DNA from: Roseovarius sp.
GTDB taxonomy: Bacteria; Pseudomonadota; Alphaproteobacteria; Rhodobacterales; Rhodobacteraceae
Length of the DNA: 64,000 nt
Assembly (NCBI RefSeq): GCF_027019125.1
Contig: NZ_JALUXE010000004.1
Coordinates: 21,785-85,784 of the forward strand
Reading direction: 5' to 3'
The notes under the pieces were generated by a model. The model was given only the letters and a program-made list of their open reading frames with translations, searched no databases and was not told the DNA's origin. Below, piece by piece: positions 1-11,736 of the stretch. The stretch's first letter is position 1, and each line of letters begins with the position of its first letter. The position numbers were made by a program, and so were the translations under genes.

Positions 1-917
1 CGCGCCTTCAACTCTGCCAGCGGCGTCGTCTGCGCCCCCGGCAACACCCCCAGATCATAGAGGTATCCGTGCAACCGCCCCGACAGGATCACCCGCAGAT
101 CGAACACCACCCCCTCCGCAACCTGCCGCACCAGCCGATAGGGCATCGTCGTGCAATTGGTCCAGAGCGTGTGATACCAGCGCGGCTCCCGCGCCAGAGC
201 ATTTCCATAGTCCAGAAACGCCTCGAACAGCGCCGCGCGCTGTGCCGCCCCCATCTGGACCGGATAGAGCGAGACCGCCTCGCCCCGCGCATCGGTGCGC
301 AGATGCACGATGTCGCGCTCGTCAGCAGCGATCAAGACCAACTCATACCGCTTGAAGAATCCGCCAATGGCCGAAAACTCTTCGCCCACCTCCCTGCGGA
401 TTTCCCCGGAAAAGACAATGTGCCGCCCATCCGCAAAGCCGAAGCTGACCAGCGTATGCGCAATCTCCGGGCTGTCCCAGACCGACATGATCATGTCAAC
501 AGACGTGATCTGCTCCGGATCAACCACGAGGTCATACCAGGTCTCGACTGCCTCGGTCGGGCTGGACCAGCGGAAGTCCCGGATATTGCGCACAAGCACC
601 AGACCATCGCCCTGCGCCTCAGCGGTGACACCGCGCGCAACCTCCGCCATCCAGTCCCGCTCCTGTCGCGGCGCAAGACTGCCCCACCACAGCGCCCAGA
701 CCGCCAGCACCACAGCGCTCAGCCCGAATGCCCGGCCCAGTTGCCCGCGCCAGAGCATCCGCAGAGCCCCCGGAATGGCTACCGCCAGACCACAGTAGAG
801 AAGATACACGAGCGGCGCGGCGATCTGGAAGTGCAGGCTCAGCCCGATCCAGACCCCAAGGATCAGAAGCAGCGCCCCCCCGACCCCCCGTCCGAGCAAG
901 CCTAGAAACCGGCGCAC
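1..917 (-). CDS. DUF4105 (Lnb N-terminal-like) membrane protein, 3' end runs off the window
   Basis: Not in the ORF track (truncated). Manual translation from GTG at 917: VRRFLGLLGRGVGGALLLILGVWIGL... with N-terminal TM helices, then RNIRDFRW...SPEIAHTLVSFGF...IAADERDIVHLRT, typical of DUF4105. Confidence 0.75.
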   Translation of the reverse strand, partial: MRRFLGLLGRGVGGALLLILGVWIGLSLHFQIAAPLVYLLYCGLAVAIPGALRMLWRGQLGRAFGLSAVVLAVWALWWGSLAPRQERDWMAEVARGVTAEAQGDGLVLVRNIRDFRWSSPTEAVETWYDLVVDPEQITSVDMIMSVWDSPEIAHTLVSFGFADGRHIVFSGEIRREVGEEFSAIGGFFKRYELVLIAADERDIVHLRTDARGEAVSLYPVQMGAAQRAALFEAFLDYGNALAREPRWYHTLWTNCTTMPYRLVRQVAEGVVFDLRVILSGRLHGYLYDLGVLPGAQTTPLAELKA

Positions 918-920
918 ACC

Positions 921-3779
921 CTATTCCGCCGCCACACGGCGCGCCGCCAATATCTCCTTGAGATAGCGCCCGGTATGGCTGCGCGGCTCTTCCGCCACCT
1001 CTTCGGGCGTGCCAAACGCCACGATCTCGCCACCGCCATCGCCACCCTCGGGGCCGATATCGATGATATGGTCGGCGGTCTTGATCACATCGAGGTTATG
1101 CTCGATCACCACCACCGAGTTGCCCTGATCCACCAGTTCGTGCAGCACTTCCAATAGCTTGTTCACATCCTCGAAATGCAACCCCGTGGTCGGTTCGTCG
1201 AGAATATAGAGCGTGCGGCCCGTGGACCGCTTCGACAACTCCTTCGACAGCTTCACCCGCTGCGCCTCACCGCCCGAGAGGGTCGTCGCCTGCTGGCCCA
1301 CCTTGATATAGCCAAGACCCACCCGCATCAGCGCATCCATCTTTTCGCGGATGCTTGGCACCGCCTTGAAAAATTCCTGCGCCTCTTCCACAGTCATATC
1401 AAGAACATCTGCTATGCTCTTGCCTTTGAACCGTATTTCCAGCGTCTCGCGGTTATAGCGCGCGCCCTTGCAGGTCTCGCATTCCACGTAGACATCGGGC
1501 AGGAAATGCATCTCGATCTTGATCAGCCCATCGCCCTGACAGGCCTCACAACGCCCGCCCTTGACGTTAAAGCTAAAGCGCCCGGGCTTGTAACCGCGCG
1601 CCTTGGCCTCGGGCAGACCGGCGAACCAATCCCGGATCGGCGTGAATGCCCCGGTATAGGTGGCCGGGTTGCTGCGCGGGGTGCGCCCGATAGGCCGCTG
1701 GTCAATGTCGATCACCTTGTCGAGATGTTCGAGCCCCTTGATCGTCTCACAGGGCGCGGGCGTCTGACGCGCCCCATTCAGACGCATCGAGGCGGTCTTG
1801 AACAGCGTTTCAATCGTCAGCGTGGATTTGCCCCCGCCCGACACGCCCGAAACACAGACAAACTGCCCCAGCGGGAATTCGGCCGTCACCTCCTTGAGGT
1901 TGTTGCCGGTCGCCTTGACCACGGTCAGCTTCTTCTTGTTGCCCTTGCGCCGCACCTCTGGCACCGCAATCTCGCGTGCCCCCGACAGGTATTGCCCGGT
2001 TAGCGAGGCCGGATCGGCGGCCACCGCCTCGGGCGTGCCGCGGCTGACCACGCGGCCGCCATGCACCCCGGCACCGGGACCGATATCGAACACGTAATCG
2101 GCGGTGCGAATGGCCTCCTCGTCATGCTCGACCACGATCACCGTATTGCCCTGATCCCGCAGATTGCGCAGCGTTTGCAACAGCCGCCCGTTGTCGCGCT
2201 GATGCAGGCCGATGGACGGCTCGTCGAGCACGTAGAGCACCCCGGTCAACCCGCTGCCGATCTGGCTGGCCAATCTGATCCGCTGGCTCTCGCCCCCTGA
2301 CAGCGTGCCCGCATTGCGGCTCAGCGTCAGGTAATCGAGGCCCACGTTGTTCAAGAACCCCAACCGCTCGCTGATCTCCTTGAGAATGGCACGCGCGATT
2401 TCGTTCTTCTGCTTGCCCAGATGATCCGGCACGGTGCCGCACCACTCCAGCGCCTCGCGGATCGACATCTGCACCACCTGCCCCACGTGCAGGCCCGCAA
2501 TGCGCACCGCAAGCGCCTCGGCCCGCAGGCGATAGCCGCCACAGGCGCCACAGGGCCTGTTGTTCTGGTAACGCTCGAACTCTTCGCGCACCCAGCTTGA
2601 ATCGGTCTCGCGATAGCGGCGTTCCATATTGGGAATGACGCCTTCAAAGACCCGGCTCACCTGATAAACGCGCCCGCCCTCGTCATAGCGGAAATTGATC
2701 TCTTCCTCGCCGGACCCATGCAGGAACACCTGCTTCACATGCGCCGGCAGGTCTTTCCACGGGCTGTTACGGTCGAATTCGTAATGCTTGGCAATGGAAT
2801 TGATGGTCTGCGTGAAATAGGGGCTCTTGCCCTTGCGCCAGGGTGCAATCGCCCCATCCGCCAGTTTCAGCGCCTCATCCGGCACCACCAACCGCTCGTC
2901 AAAGAACAGCTCCGCCCCCAGCCCGTCACATTCCGGGCAGGCGCCAAAGGGCGCGTTGAACGAAAAGAGCCGCGGCTCGATCTCTGGGATGGTGAACCCG
3001 CTGACCGGACAGGCGAATTTCTCGGAAAAGATCACCCGCTCCGGCTCGCCCTCCTTGGGCGCGGATTCCAGCACCGCAATCCCGTCCGCCAGGTCGAGCG
3101 CCGTTCGGAAACTGTCCGCAAGCCGCGTCTGCAACCCGTCCTTCACCACCAGACGATCCACCACCACGTCAATGTCATGGCGGAATTTCTTGTCGAGCGT
3201 GGGCGGCTCGTCCAACTCGTAGAACTTCCCGTCCACCTTGACCCGCTGAAACCCGGATTTGCGCAGTTCCAGAAATTCCTTGCGATACTCGCCCTTGCGG
3301 TCGCGCACGATGGGCGCCAGCAGATAGGCGCGTGTGCCCTCCTCCATCGCCATGACGCGATCCACCATATCCTGCACCTGCTGCGCCTCGATGGGCAGGC
3401 CGGTGGCGGGCGAATAGGGCGTGCCGACACGGGCAAAGAGCAGCCGGAGGTAATCGTAGATCTCCGTCACCGTGCCGACAGTGGAACGAGGGTTCTTGCT
3501 CGTCGTCTTTTGCTCGATGGAAATCGCCGGGCTCAGACCGCTGATATGGTCCACATCCGGCTTTTCCATCATGTCGAGGAACTGCCGCGCATAGGCGCTG
3601 AGGGATTCGACATAGCGCCGCTGCCCTTCGGCATAGATCGTGTCAAAGGCGAGGCTCGATTTCCCCGATCCCGACAGCCCGGTGATCACCACAAGCTGAT
3701 CGCGCGGAATATCCACGTCGATGTTCTTGAGGTTATGCTCGCGCGCGCCGCGCACCTCGATATATTTCAGATCGGCCAT
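921..3779 (-). CDS. uvrA: Excinuclease ABC subunit A
   Basis: 952 aa; two Walker A motifs ([18 protein letters not shown]), LSGGE signatures, CxxC zinc fingers. Confidence 0.99.
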   Translation of the reverse strand: MADLKYIEVRGAREHNLKNIDVDIPRDQLVVITGLSGSGKSSLAFDTIYAEGQRRYVESLSAYARQFLDMMEKPDVDHISGLSPAISIEQKTTSKNPRSTVGTVTEIYDYLRLLFARVGTPYSPATGLPIEAQQVQDMVDRVMAMEEGTRAYLLAPIVRDRKGEYRKEFLELRKSGFQRVKVDGKFYELDEPPTLDKKFRHDIDVVVDRLVVKDGLQTRLADSFRTALDLADGIAVLESAPKEGEPERVIFSEKFACPVSGFTIPEIEPRLFSFNAPFGACPECDGLGAELFFDERLVVPDEALKLADGAIAPWRKGKSPYFTQTINSIAKHYEFDRNSPWKDLPAHVKQVFLHGSGEEEINFRYDEGGRVYQVSRVFEGVIPNMERRYRETDSSWVREEFERYQNNRPCGACGGYRLRAEALAVRIAGLHVGQVVQMSIREALEWCGTVPDHLGKQKNEIARAILKEISERLGFLNNVGLDYLTLSRNAGTLSGGESQRIRLASQIGSGLTGVLYVLDEPSIGLHQRDNGRLLQTLRNLRDQGNTVIVVEHDEEAIRTADYVFDIGPGAGVHGGRVVSRGTPEAVAADPASLTGQYLSGAREIAVPEVRRKGNKKKLTVVKATGNNLKEVTAEFPLGQFVCVSGVSGGGKSTLTIETLFKTASMRLNGARQTPAPCETIKGLEHLDKVIDIDQRPIGRTPRSNPATYTGAFTPIRDWFAGLPEAKARGYKPGRFSFNVKGGRCEACQGDGLIKIEMHFLPDVYVECETCKGARYNRETLEIRFKGKSIADVLDMTVEEAQEFFKAVPSIREKMDALMRVGLGYIKVGQQATTLSGGEAQRVKLSKELSKRSTGRTLYILDEPTTGLHFEDVNKLLEVLHELVDQGNSVVVIEHNLDVIKTADHIIDIGPEGGDGGGEIVAFGTPEEVAEEPRSHTGRYLKEILAARRVAAE

Positions 3780-3846
3780 TCTGACCCCCCGGACTCACCT
3801 CTCCCACACATAGGCGAGAGAGCCGCCGCTTCCAAGACAAATCTGA

Positions 3847-3861
3847 GAACATAAAGGGAAC
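3847..3861. promoter_or_regulatory. LexA (SOS) box, alphaproteobacterial GAAC-N7-GAAC / GTTC-N7-GTTC type
   Basis: GAAC-ATAAAGG-GAAC, perfect match, ~70 bp upstream of the uvrA start. Confidence 0.88.
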
Positions 3862-3891
3862 GCGCAAGTTTCCGTGAAATCCGCGCAAGGA

Positions 3892-4728
3892 TTAGACCGC
3901 GACGCCGCGCCGCCCCGCCAGATCGGTGAAATACTGCCACGCCACCCGGCCCGACCGCGCCCCGCGCGTGGCCTGCCATTCGATCGCCTCGGCGCGCAAT
4001 GTCTCGTCGTCGATCTCGACGCCGTAGGCATCGCAATAGCCCCGGATCATCGCCAGATACTGATCCTGATCGCAGGCATGGAATCCCAGCCACAGCCCGA
4101 ACCGATCCGAGAGCGAGACTTTTTCCTCGACCGCCTCGGACGGGTTGATCGCCGATGACCGCTCGTTCTCGATCATGTCGCGCGGCATCAGGTGGCGGCG
4201 GTTCGACGTGGCATAGAACACCACATTGTCGGGCCGCCCCTCGATCCCGCCATCCAGAACCGCCTTGAGCGACTTGTAATGCTGATCGTCATGGGAAAAC
4301 GACAGGTCGTCACAAAAGAGCAGGAACCGCGCCTCCGACCCGCGCAAGAGGTTCAACAAGCGGCTGACCGACGGCAGGTCCTCGCGCTGCAATTCCACGA
4401 TCTTGAGCGGCAGGTCCTGCGCCCGCACCGCCGCATGCACCGCTTTGACAAGGCTTGATTTGCCCATGCCCCGCGCCCCCCAGAGGAGCGCATTGTTCGC
4501 AGGCAATCCCCGCGCGAATTGCAGCGTGTTCTGCAACAGCGTGTCGCGCGACCGGTCCACCCCTACCAAGAGGGACATATCGACCCGGCTCACCTGCCGC
4601 ACCGGCTCCAGCCGATCGGGGCTGACATGCCAGACAAAGGCATCCGCCGCGTCAAAATCAGGGGCTGAAAGCGGTGCCGGGGCCATCCGCTCCAGCGCGG
4701 CGGCGATACGGTCCAACGGATCACTCAT
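3892..4728 (-). CDS. DUF815 family AAA+ ATPase
   Basis: Walker A GARGMGKSS, FCDDLSF, ATSNRRHL; usual position after tatC. Confidence 0.92.
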   Translation of the reverse strand: MSDPLDRIAAALERMAPAPLSAPDFDAADAFVWHVSPDRLEPVRQVSRVDMSLLVGVDRSRDTLLQNTLQFARGLPANNALLWGARGMGKSSLVKAVHAAVRAQDLPLKIVELQREDLPSVSRLLNLLRGSEARFLLFCDDLSFSHDDQHYKSLKAVLDGGIEGRPDNVVFYATSNRRHLMPRDMIENERSSAINPSEAVEEKVSLSDRFGLWLGFHACDQDQYLAMIRGYCDAYGVEIDDETLRAEAIEWQATRGARSGRVAWQYFTDLAGRRGVAV

Positions 4729-5658
4729 TCAGATCTTGCCTTTTTCCTCGGACGCCTCGGCCTCGGCTGCATCCTCAGCCTCTTCCTCGTCGAACCACAA
4801 GCCCTGTGCGCGCAGCTCCGCCTCCCGCTTTTTCTCGACCCAGGTCACAAGCTGGATGGAAACCTCATAGAGGCCATAAACCACCACGAAGAGGATCAAT
4901 TGCGTCATCACATCGGGCGGCGTCACCAACGCGGCGAGAACAAGAATCCCGATCACGGCATATTTGCGCACGGATTTGAGGCCACCCGCACTCACCAGCC
5001 CCGCCTTGCCCATCAGCGTCAGCAACACCGGCAACTGAAAGCAGAGACCAAAGGCAATGATGAATTTCAGCGTAATATCGAGGCTCTCGTTCACCTTGCC
5101 GAAAAAGGTGATGCGAATACCCGATGTCTCGGGCGCAGCAGCGACCCCCGGCACGGCCTCGGCCCCCACCAGCCCTGTCATCAGGTCCGCGATCAGCGAC
5201 GGCACATCGGCAAAGCCAAGAAAGAACGCCATCGCGAGCGGCGTCACCACGAAATGCGCAAAGGACGCCCCCAGAAGAAACATGATCGGCGAGGCGATCA
5301 TGAAGGGCAAAAATGCGTTCTTTTCCTGCTTGTAAAGACCGGGCGCCACAAAGCGCCACATCTGGAATCCGATGACCGGAAAGGCCAGAGCAAAGCCAAA
5401 GACCATCGAGATGCGAAACAGCGTAAACAGATATTCCTGCGGGCTGGTGTACTGCATCGTGGGCGAGGGATCGCCCAACTCGCGCAGCGTGGCCTCAATC
5501 GGTCCCAGCAGAAATTGCAGGATCGGCTCGGCCACGGCAAAGGCCAGCACGATCCCGATGACAAAGGCGATGACCGAACGGATCAGCCGCGTGCGCAGTT
5601 CCGCCAGATGCTCGATCAGCGGCGCGCTGCTGTCCTCGATCTCGTCCTGCGGGCTCAT
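4729..5658 (-). CDS. tatC: Twin-arginine translocase subunit TatC
   Basis: [20 protein letters not shown], multiple TM segments. Confidence 0.97.
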   Translation of the reverse strand: MSPQDEIEDSSAPLIEHLAELRTRLIRSVIAFVIGIVLAFAVAEPILQFLLGPIEATLRELGDPSPTMQYTSPQEYLFTLFRISMVFGFALAFPVIGFQMWRFVAPGLYKQEKNAFLPFMIASPIMFLLGASFAHFVVTPLAMAFFLGFADVPSLIADLMTGLVGAEAVPGVAAAPETSGIRITFFGKVNESLDITLKFIIAFGLCFQLPVLLTLMGKAGLVSAGGLKSVRKYAVIGILVLAALVTPPDVMTQLILFVVVYGLYEVSIQLVTWVEKKREAELRAQGLWFDEEEAEDAAEAEASEEKGKI

Positions 5659-6149
5659 GCCTCATCCCCTGCCTTGGTCTTCTTGGCCTTGGCCGCCGCC
5701 TTGGGCTTGGCCGCCGTCTTGGGCTTGGCGGGTGCCTTGGGCTTTGCCGCCGCCTTCTCCGGCGCGGCTTCGGCTTTCGCCGCCTTGCGCGCCTCTGCCA
5801 TCTCGGCGGTCGCGGCGCGGGCCTTTTCGGCAGCCGCCTGCTGTTCGGCGCTGAGCGGCGGCTTGGTCGCCGCGTTCAGATCGCGCGTAACGCTGTCGGT
5901 GGTCTTGCGCACCTCATCCATCGCGGTTTTCATCGGGTTCGCGGCGGATTTGAAGGTCTTTTGAATGTCACCCACGCCGGACTGATCGGCGGCGTCATTC
6001 ATTGCCCGGCTGAATTCCCGGGCCATGCCCTTGGCCTTGCCCACGAAATTGCCCACGGCCCGGAACATTCCGGGCAAGTCCTTGGGCCCGACGACGATCA
6101 AGGCCACGATGCCGATGAGCAGAAGCTCCGTCCAGCCAAGATCGAACAT
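5655..6149 (-). CDS. tatB: Twin-arginine translocase subunit TatB
   Basis: [26 protein letters not shown]; Ala/Lys-rich tail. Confidence 0.97.
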   Translation of the reverse strand: MFDLGWTELLLIGIVALIVVGPKDLPGMFRAVGNFVGKAKGMAREFSRAMNDAADQSGVGDIQKTFKSAANPMKTAMDEVRKTTDSVTRDLNAATKPPLSAEQQAAAEKARAATAEMAEARKAAKAEAAPEKAAAKPKAPAKPKTAAKPKAAAKAKKTKAGDEA

Positions 6150-6156
6150 CTAGGGA

Positions 6157-6381
6157 TCAGGCCTTGTCTTTGTCTTCGACCGGGGTCACGTCACGCGCCG
6201 ACTCGGCACTGTGCTTGTCCGCGTCCTCCAGCTCCTTGCTGCCTTCGGCGACGCCCTTCTTGAACGAGGTGATGCCCTTGCCCACTTCGCCCATGAGCGA
6301 GGAAATCTTGCCGCGCCCAAACAGCACAAGCACCACCACCGCGATCAGAAGAAGCCCCGGAAGGCCAATATTGTTCAGCAT
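6157..6381 (-). CDS. tatA: Twin-arginine translocase subunit TatA
   Basis: [26 protein letters not shown]. Confidence 0.96.
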   Translation of the reverse strand: MLNNIGLPGLLLIAVVVLVLFGRGKISSLMGEVGKGITSFKKGVAEGSKELEDADKHSAESARDVTPVEDKDKA

Positions 6382-6545
6382 TTCAATCTCTCCCTTTCTC
6401 GGGGGTCGGTTGCAGGGTCCCCGGGAATTTCATTTAACTATCTAGTCGCTCGTACCGGCGGTTGGAAGCGGCAAAGCACCAGAGCGCCCCGGATTCCACC
6501 ACAAATTTCCACGGACCGCACCCTAATCAGGCTGGCCCGCCCCGG

Positions 6546-7673
6546 TCAATCACTCCCCTGCGCCTCGGCGCGGCTCTTGCCGCTGACATTCATCGCCAGC
6601 GTGGCGGCCATGAATTCGTCCAGATCTCCATCGAGCACCCCCTTGGTATCCGATGTCTCGACCCCGGTGCGCAGGTCCTTGACCATCTGATAGGGCTGCA
6701 ACACATACGACCGGATCTGATTGCCCCAGCCGGCATCGCCCTTGGCATCATGCGCCTCGTTGATGGCGGCGTTGCGCCGGTCCAGTTCCAGCTGGTAGAG
6801 CCGCGATTTCAGCGCCTTCATGGCGATGTCGCGGTTCTGGTGCTGGGATTTCTGGCTACTCGTCACCACGATTCCCGTGGGAATATGGGTGATCCGCACC
6901 GCCGAGTCGGTGGTGTTCACGTGCTGCCCGCCCGCCCCGGAGCTGCGATAGGTGTCGATGCGAATATCCGACGGGTTGACCTCGATCTCGATATTGTCGT
7001 CCACCACCGGATAAACCCAAACCGAGGAAAACGACGTGTGCCGCTTGGCCGCCGAGTCAAAGGGCGAAATCCGCACCAGCCGGTGCACCCCCGATTCGGA
7101 CTTCAGCCAGCCATAGGCATTATGGCCGCTGATCTTGTAGGCGGCGGATTTGATTCCCGCCTCATCGCCCGCCGACTCCGACTGCAATTCCACGGTATAG
7201 CCGCGCTTCTCCGCCCAACGCACATACATCCGCGCCAGCATCGAGGCCCAGTCACAGCTTTCCGTGCCACCGGCCCCTGCGTTGATCTCCAGAAAGGTAT
7301 CGTTGGAATCCGCCTCACCATCAAGCAGCGCCTCCAGCTCCTTGGCGGCCGCCACCTTGGCCAGCGCCTTGATCGCGGCCTCGGCCTCGGCCACGACCTC
7401 GGTGTCGCTTTCGGCTTCGCCCAGTTCGATCAGACCCAGATGATCCTCCAACTCCTGCTTGATGCTGTCATGGGTCTCGAGCGCATCGACAAGCGCCTGC
7501 CGCTCCCGCATCAGCGCCTGCGCCCGGGCGGGATCATCCCAGAGCGTCGGATCCTCGACCCGCGCGTTGAATTCCTCCAGCCGGTGACGGGCGGTCTCCC
7601 ACCCAAGCCGCTGCCGCAACAGCTCCAACGACTTTTGGATCTCGGCCACGAGGTTCTGGGTTTCTGCGCGCAT
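6546..7673 (-). CDS. prfB: Peptide chain release factor 2 (single continuous ORF)
   Basis: GGQ motif (GAGGQHVN), SPF anticodon-mimic motif, WGNQIRSYV. Confidence 0.98.
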   Translation of the reverse strand: MRAETQNLVAEIQKSLELLRQRLGWETARHRLEEFNARVEDPTLWDDPARAQALMRERQALVDALETHDSIKQELEDHLGLIELGEAESDTEVVAEAEAAIKALAKVAAAKELEALLDGEADSNDTFLEINAGAGGTESCDWASMLARMYVRWAEKRGYTVELQSESAGDEAGIKSAAYKISGHNAYGWLKSESGVHRLVRISPFDSAAKRHTSFSSVWVYPVVDDNIEIEVNPSDIRIDTYRSSGAGGQHVNTTDSAVRITHIPTGIVVTSSQKSQHQNRDIAMKALKSRLYQLELDRRNAAINEAHDAKGDAGWGNQIRSYVLQPYQMVKDLRTGVETSDTKGVLDGDLDEFMAATLAMNVSGKSRAEAQGSD

Positions 7674-7737
7674 CGGAATGTCCTTGTCTGGTCAGGTGCG
7701 GGTGATAGCGCAGCGCGCCGGGCCGGGCAAGAGAGCC

Positions 7738-10242
7738 CTAGTACAAGCCACCCGAACTCAACGACCCGAAACTGGCCTTGTTGCCCACCTGAGCCTTCTC
7801 ACCGGTCGAGGTCGTGACCTCCTGCACCTGCTCGCGTTCGCCCGCAGAGAAGAGATCAAGGTCATTGCCCATGGCAAAGCCCCCGTCATAGGTCACACCA
7901 AAAATCGGCTCCTCGCCATCACGGAAATATTCGGACACCACATTGTCGCCGGTCGCATCATCCGAGAGGCGCGCGCCGGTGAACCGGTCGATCTTGAGGA
8001 AATGACCGCCCGGCGGCACTTCGAACGGACCGCCGCCGTATTTCTTGATCGCTTCCTCCATGAACTCCTGAAACACCGGCCCGCAGAGCGACGAGCCATA
8101 GGCCGACCGCCCAAGGCCGCGCGGCTGGTCATGGCCGATGTAACAGCCCGCCGCGATATTGCTGGTAAAGCCCACGAACCACACGTCGCGCGCGTCATTG
8201 GTGGTGCCGGTCTTGCCCGCCACGGGCACCGGCAGGTTGATCGCCCCCGCCGCCGTGCCACGATCCACCACGCCCTTGAGCATCGAGGTCAGCTGATAGG
8301 CCGTGACCGCATTCATCACGCGTTCCCGATCCGACACGATACGCGGCCCGCGATCGCCAGGAATGTCCGGGGTATCGCAATCGACGCAATCGCGCTGATC
8401 GTGGCGATAGACGGTCTTGCCATAGCGATCCTGCACGCGGTCCACGAGGGTGGGGCGCACCCGCTCACCGCCATTGGCAAACATCGCATAGGCCGCGACC
8501 ATATTGTAAAGCGTGGTTTCCTCGGACCCCAGCGAATTGGCCAGAAACCGCCCCATGTTCTCGTAGACACCAAAGCGCTCGGCATAATCCGCGATCACAT
8601 CCATACCCACCTCCTGCGCAAGGCGGATGGTCATCAGGTTGCGCGACTGTTCGATGCCCGTGCGCAGCGGTGTCGGGCCGTAAAACTTGTTTGACGAATT
8701 GCGCGGCCGCCACAGACCCTGAGGCGTGTTGATCTCGATCGGGGCGTCGATCACGATGGTCGCGGGCGAATAGCCGCTGTCAAGCGCGGCGGCATAAACG
8801 AACGGCTTGAAGGACGAACCCGGCTGCCGCAACGCCTGCGTGGTCCGGTTGAACACCGAGGCCTGATAGGAAAACCCGCCCTGCATGGAAATCACGCGGC
8901 CCGTGTTCACATCCATCGCGACAAAGCCGCCCTGCACCTCGGGCACCTGCCGCAGGGACCAGTTCACGAATTCCCCATCCTTGGTGACGGCGCGCACATG
9001 CACCACATCGCCCAGATCAAAGGTCGCTTTGAAATCCTTGGGCAGCCATTTGATGTCGCTGCGCGGCACCTCCTGCACACCCTCGACGCCCTCGATCCCC
9101 ACTTGCATGGCCTGATCGCCGATCCCCAGCACCACCGCCGGATGCCACACGCCATCCAGATCAATGTCCCGCGCCACGCTCAGCGCGGACAGCGCCGCGC
9201 GCCACGCGGCCTCATCGTCCAGAACCTCGGCAGGCAGGCTCTCGCCCGTGCCGCGCCAGCGCCCCTGGCCCCGGTCGTAATTCTCCAACTGGCGCCGCAG
9301 CGCCCGCGCGGCAAAGACCTGCATCTCGGGATCAATGGTCGCCCTCACCGACAGACCGCCGGTAAAGAATTCACCCTCGCCGAAATCGGCGCTCAACTGA
9401 CGCCGGATCTCATCGGTGAAATAATCGCGCGGCGGCAACTCGGCGCTGAACGGCGGGAAATCGCCATTCTGCACACTCCGCAGGGGCGCTTCGCGCTCCT
9501 GCTCATAGGCCGCCTGCGTCAGATAGCCATTCTCGAACATCTCCCGCAGCACGAAATTGCGGCGATCCAAGAGCCGCTCCTTCTCGCGCACCGGGTGATA
9601 ATCGCTCGGCGCTTTCGGCATCGCGGCGATGGTGGCGGCCTCATGCGGGGCCAATTCGGTCAGGGTCTTGTTGAAATAGGTCTGCGCGGCGGCAGTCACG
9701 CCATAGCTGTTCTGACCCAGAAAAATCTCGTTGAGATAGAGCTCGAGAATCTCGTCCTTGCTCAGCGTCTCCTCGATCCGCGTGGCCAGAATGATCTCCT
9801 TGATCTTGCGCTCCATCTGCCGGTCGCCGGACAAGAGGAAATTCTTCATCACCTGCTGCGTGATGGTCGAGGCCCCGCGCACATTGCGCCCCCGTGACTT
9901 GACCGCATCCACAATGGCCGAGGCGATACCCACCGCGTCGTAACCGCCATGTGTGTAGAAATTCTTGTCCTCCGCGCTGATGAATGCCTGTTTCACAAGG
10001 TCGGGAATATCCTCGGCCGGCGTGAACAACCGCCGCTCGCGCGCGAATTCGTCGATGATCCGCCCCTCGCCCGAATAAATCCGGCTGATGGTCGGTGGCG
10101 TGTAATTGGCAAGGCTCTCATGGCTGGGCAAATCCTGACCATAGATATGCAGCACGGCACCAATGCTCAGCCCGATCACCACCACCACGAGCGTGATCAA
10201 ACTAAAGACAGTGCCGAAAAGGCTGAGAATCGCACGTATCAA
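7738..10242 (-). CDS. mrcA: Penicillin-binding protein 1A (transglycosylase + transpeptidase)
   Basis: EDKNF, GASTITQQ, SxxK (GSSFKP), SRN, KTG; start moved to TTG 10242 just before the TM anchor. Confidence 0.95.
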   Translation of the reverse strand: MIRAILSLFGTVFSLITLVVVVIGLSIGAVLHIYGQDLPSHESLANYTPPTISRIYSGEGRIIDEFARERRLFTPAEDIPDLVKQAFISAEDKNFYTHGGYDAVGIASAIVDAVKSRGRNVRGASTITQQVMKNFLLSGDRQMERKIKEIILATRIEETLSKDEILELYLNEIFLGQNSYGVTAAAQTYFNKTLTELAPHEAATIAAMPKAPSDYHPVREKERLLDRRNFVLREMFENGYLTQAAYEQEREAPLRSVQNGDFPPFSAELPPRDYFTDEIRRQLSADFGEGEFFTGGLSVRATIDPEMQVFAARALRRQLENYDRGQGRWRGTGESLPAEVLDDEAAWRAALSALSVARDIDLDGVWHPAVVLGIGDQAMQVGIEGVEGVQEVPRSDIKWLPKDFKATFDLGDVVHVRAVTKDGEFVNWSLRQVPEVQGGFVAMDVNTGRVISMQGGFSYQASVFNRTTQALRQPGSSFKPFVYAAALDSGYSPATIVIDAPIEINTPQGLWRPRNSSNKFYGPTPLRTGIEQSRNLMTIRLAQEVGMDVIADYAERFGVYENMGRFLANSLGSEETTLYNMVAAYAMFANGGERVRPTLVDRVQDRYGKTVYRHDQRDCVDCDTPDIPGDRGPRIVSDRERVMNAVTAYQLTSMLKGVVDRGTAAGAINLPVPVAGKTGTTNDARDVWFVGFTSNIAAGCYIGHDQPRGLGRSAYGSSLCGPVFQEFMEEAIKKYGGGPFEVPPGGHFLKIDRFTGARLSDDATGDNVVSEYFRDGEEPIFGVTYDGGFAMGNDLDLFSAGEREQVQEVTTSTGEKAQVGNKASFGSLSSGGLY

Positions 10243-10354
10243 AAGCGCCCCCGCATGCTTGCTGGCCCCGATATAGGCATAGCGGCCCTCGGGGTCAAAA
10301 GGGAATGGGCGGACCCGCGCGCCACATTCCGCCGGGTCAGGGCCTCCGCCCCCG

Positions 10355-11590
10355 TCACTGGCGGACCAATCCCGCGCGCGCGACGTCCGCATCCCGCCAT
10401 GCGGTCAGCGCCATACGCAGGGCCGTGGCGATCCGGGCCCGCCCCTCTTCATCGCGCAACCGCGCCAGATCGCGCGGGCTGGACAGAAACCCCAATTCAA
10501 TCAGGACCGACGGAATATCGGGGGCCTTCAACACCGAAAACCCCGCCCGCCGCAACGGCCGCGTCAAGAGCGGCACATCCTGAGCGGCAAAGCTCTCGAT
10601 CAAGGCCTGCGCCAGATGCGCGGTGCGCGGCTGCGTCTCGACCCGCGCCAGATCCATCAGCACATCGGCCACCACATCGTCCTTGCCGCTCAGGTCCACA
10701 CCGGCCAGCATATCGGCACGATTGTGCCGTTCGGCGAGCGCAGCACTGGCCTTGTCCGAGGCACTCTCGGACAGCGTATAGACCGACAGCCCGCGCGCCT
10801 GCGCCCCCGAGAGCGCATCGGCATGAAGCGACAGAAACACATCCGCACCGGCCCAATGCGCCAGCGCCACGCGCCGCTCGAGGCTCACGAACTCGTCGCG
10901 CTCGCGCGTCAGAACCACCTCGAATCCCCCCGCCCGCAGCAATTCATCGCGCAATTCCTGCGCGAATTGCAGCATCAGCTCCTTTTCGGTCAACGCGCCC
11001 TCCTGGGCGCCCGGATCAATCCCGCCATGCCCCGGATCAAGCACCACCACCAGCGGCCCCGCGCCCGGCACCCGGACAGGTGCAGCCGCCAACGCGGTCT
11101 TGGGGTCGGGCAGGTCCCACCCGGGCAACGCAGGCGTGCCCGCCGTGGCGGCAAAGCGTTCGGCATCCGCCGCCCCAAGCACGACCCGCAGAGCCGCCCG
11201 CCCGCTTGCGCGGTCGATCTCCAGCCCGGCCCGATCCAGAGGATAGGGCGCGTCCAGGTCCGCCACCATGCGCGACCAACCGGGCCGGATCTGACCCAAT
11301 CGCAAGCCCTTGACCCGCGCCCCCGCAATCAGATCGCGCGCTCCGATCCCCTGCCAATCCACCTCTTGAAAATCAAGCACGAGGCGCGGCGGCGCATCGA
11401 GCGTATAGACACGGTAGGGCACGCCCTGCGACAGGCTCAGGGTCATCTCGACCCCGCGCGCCGTGTCCGCGATGGCGCTGCCTTCGGCATCGAGCCGCGC
11501 CAGACCGCTGAACGCAGCCTCCTGCGCGCGCACACCCGCGCCGCCGATCGCCAGCGCAAGCGCCAGCCCCATGCCAATGATCCTGCTCAT
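10355..11590 (-). CDS. amiC: N-acetylmuramoyl-L-alanine amidase (AMIN + Amidase_3)
   Basis: Signal peptide; LDPGHGG, SLHAD, VLIELGF; start moved to ATG 11590. Confidence 0.92.
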   Translation of the reverse strand: MSRIIGMGLALALAIGGAGVRAQEAAFSGLARLDAEGSAIADTARGVEMTLSLSQGVPYRVYTLDAPPRLVLDFQEVDWQGIGARDLIAGARVKGLRLGQIRPGWSRMVADLDAPYPLDRAGLEIDRASGRAALRVVLGAADAERFAATAGTPALPGWDLPDPKTALAAAPVRVPGAGPLVVVLDPGHGGIDPGAQEGALTEKELMLQFAQELRDELLRAGGFEVVLTRERDEFVSLERRVALAHWAGADVFLSLHADALSGAQARGLSVYTLSESASDKASAALAERHNRADMLAGVDLSGKDDVVADVLMDLARVETQPRTAHLAQALIESFAAQDVPLLTRPLRRAGFSVLKAPDIPSVLIELGFLSSPRDLARLRDEEGRARIATALRMALTAWRDADVARAGLVRQ

Positions 11591-11736
11591 CCGCCGTTTC
11601 CCGGTTCGTGTTCGCCCACAGGATACACGAGCACCGCTCGACGCAACAGCCCCGATGTCCCGTGCAACAAGCGCTTGATCCTGCCGCACGATCAATCAAG
11701 GTTTTTATCCCGCACATTCCGGTCTATAGAATCGCC

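Noticed and set aside
5690-5770. ~18-bp tandem-like repeats in tatB
   Set aside because: They encode the low-complexity AAKPK tail of TatB; not a CRISPR or regulatory array.
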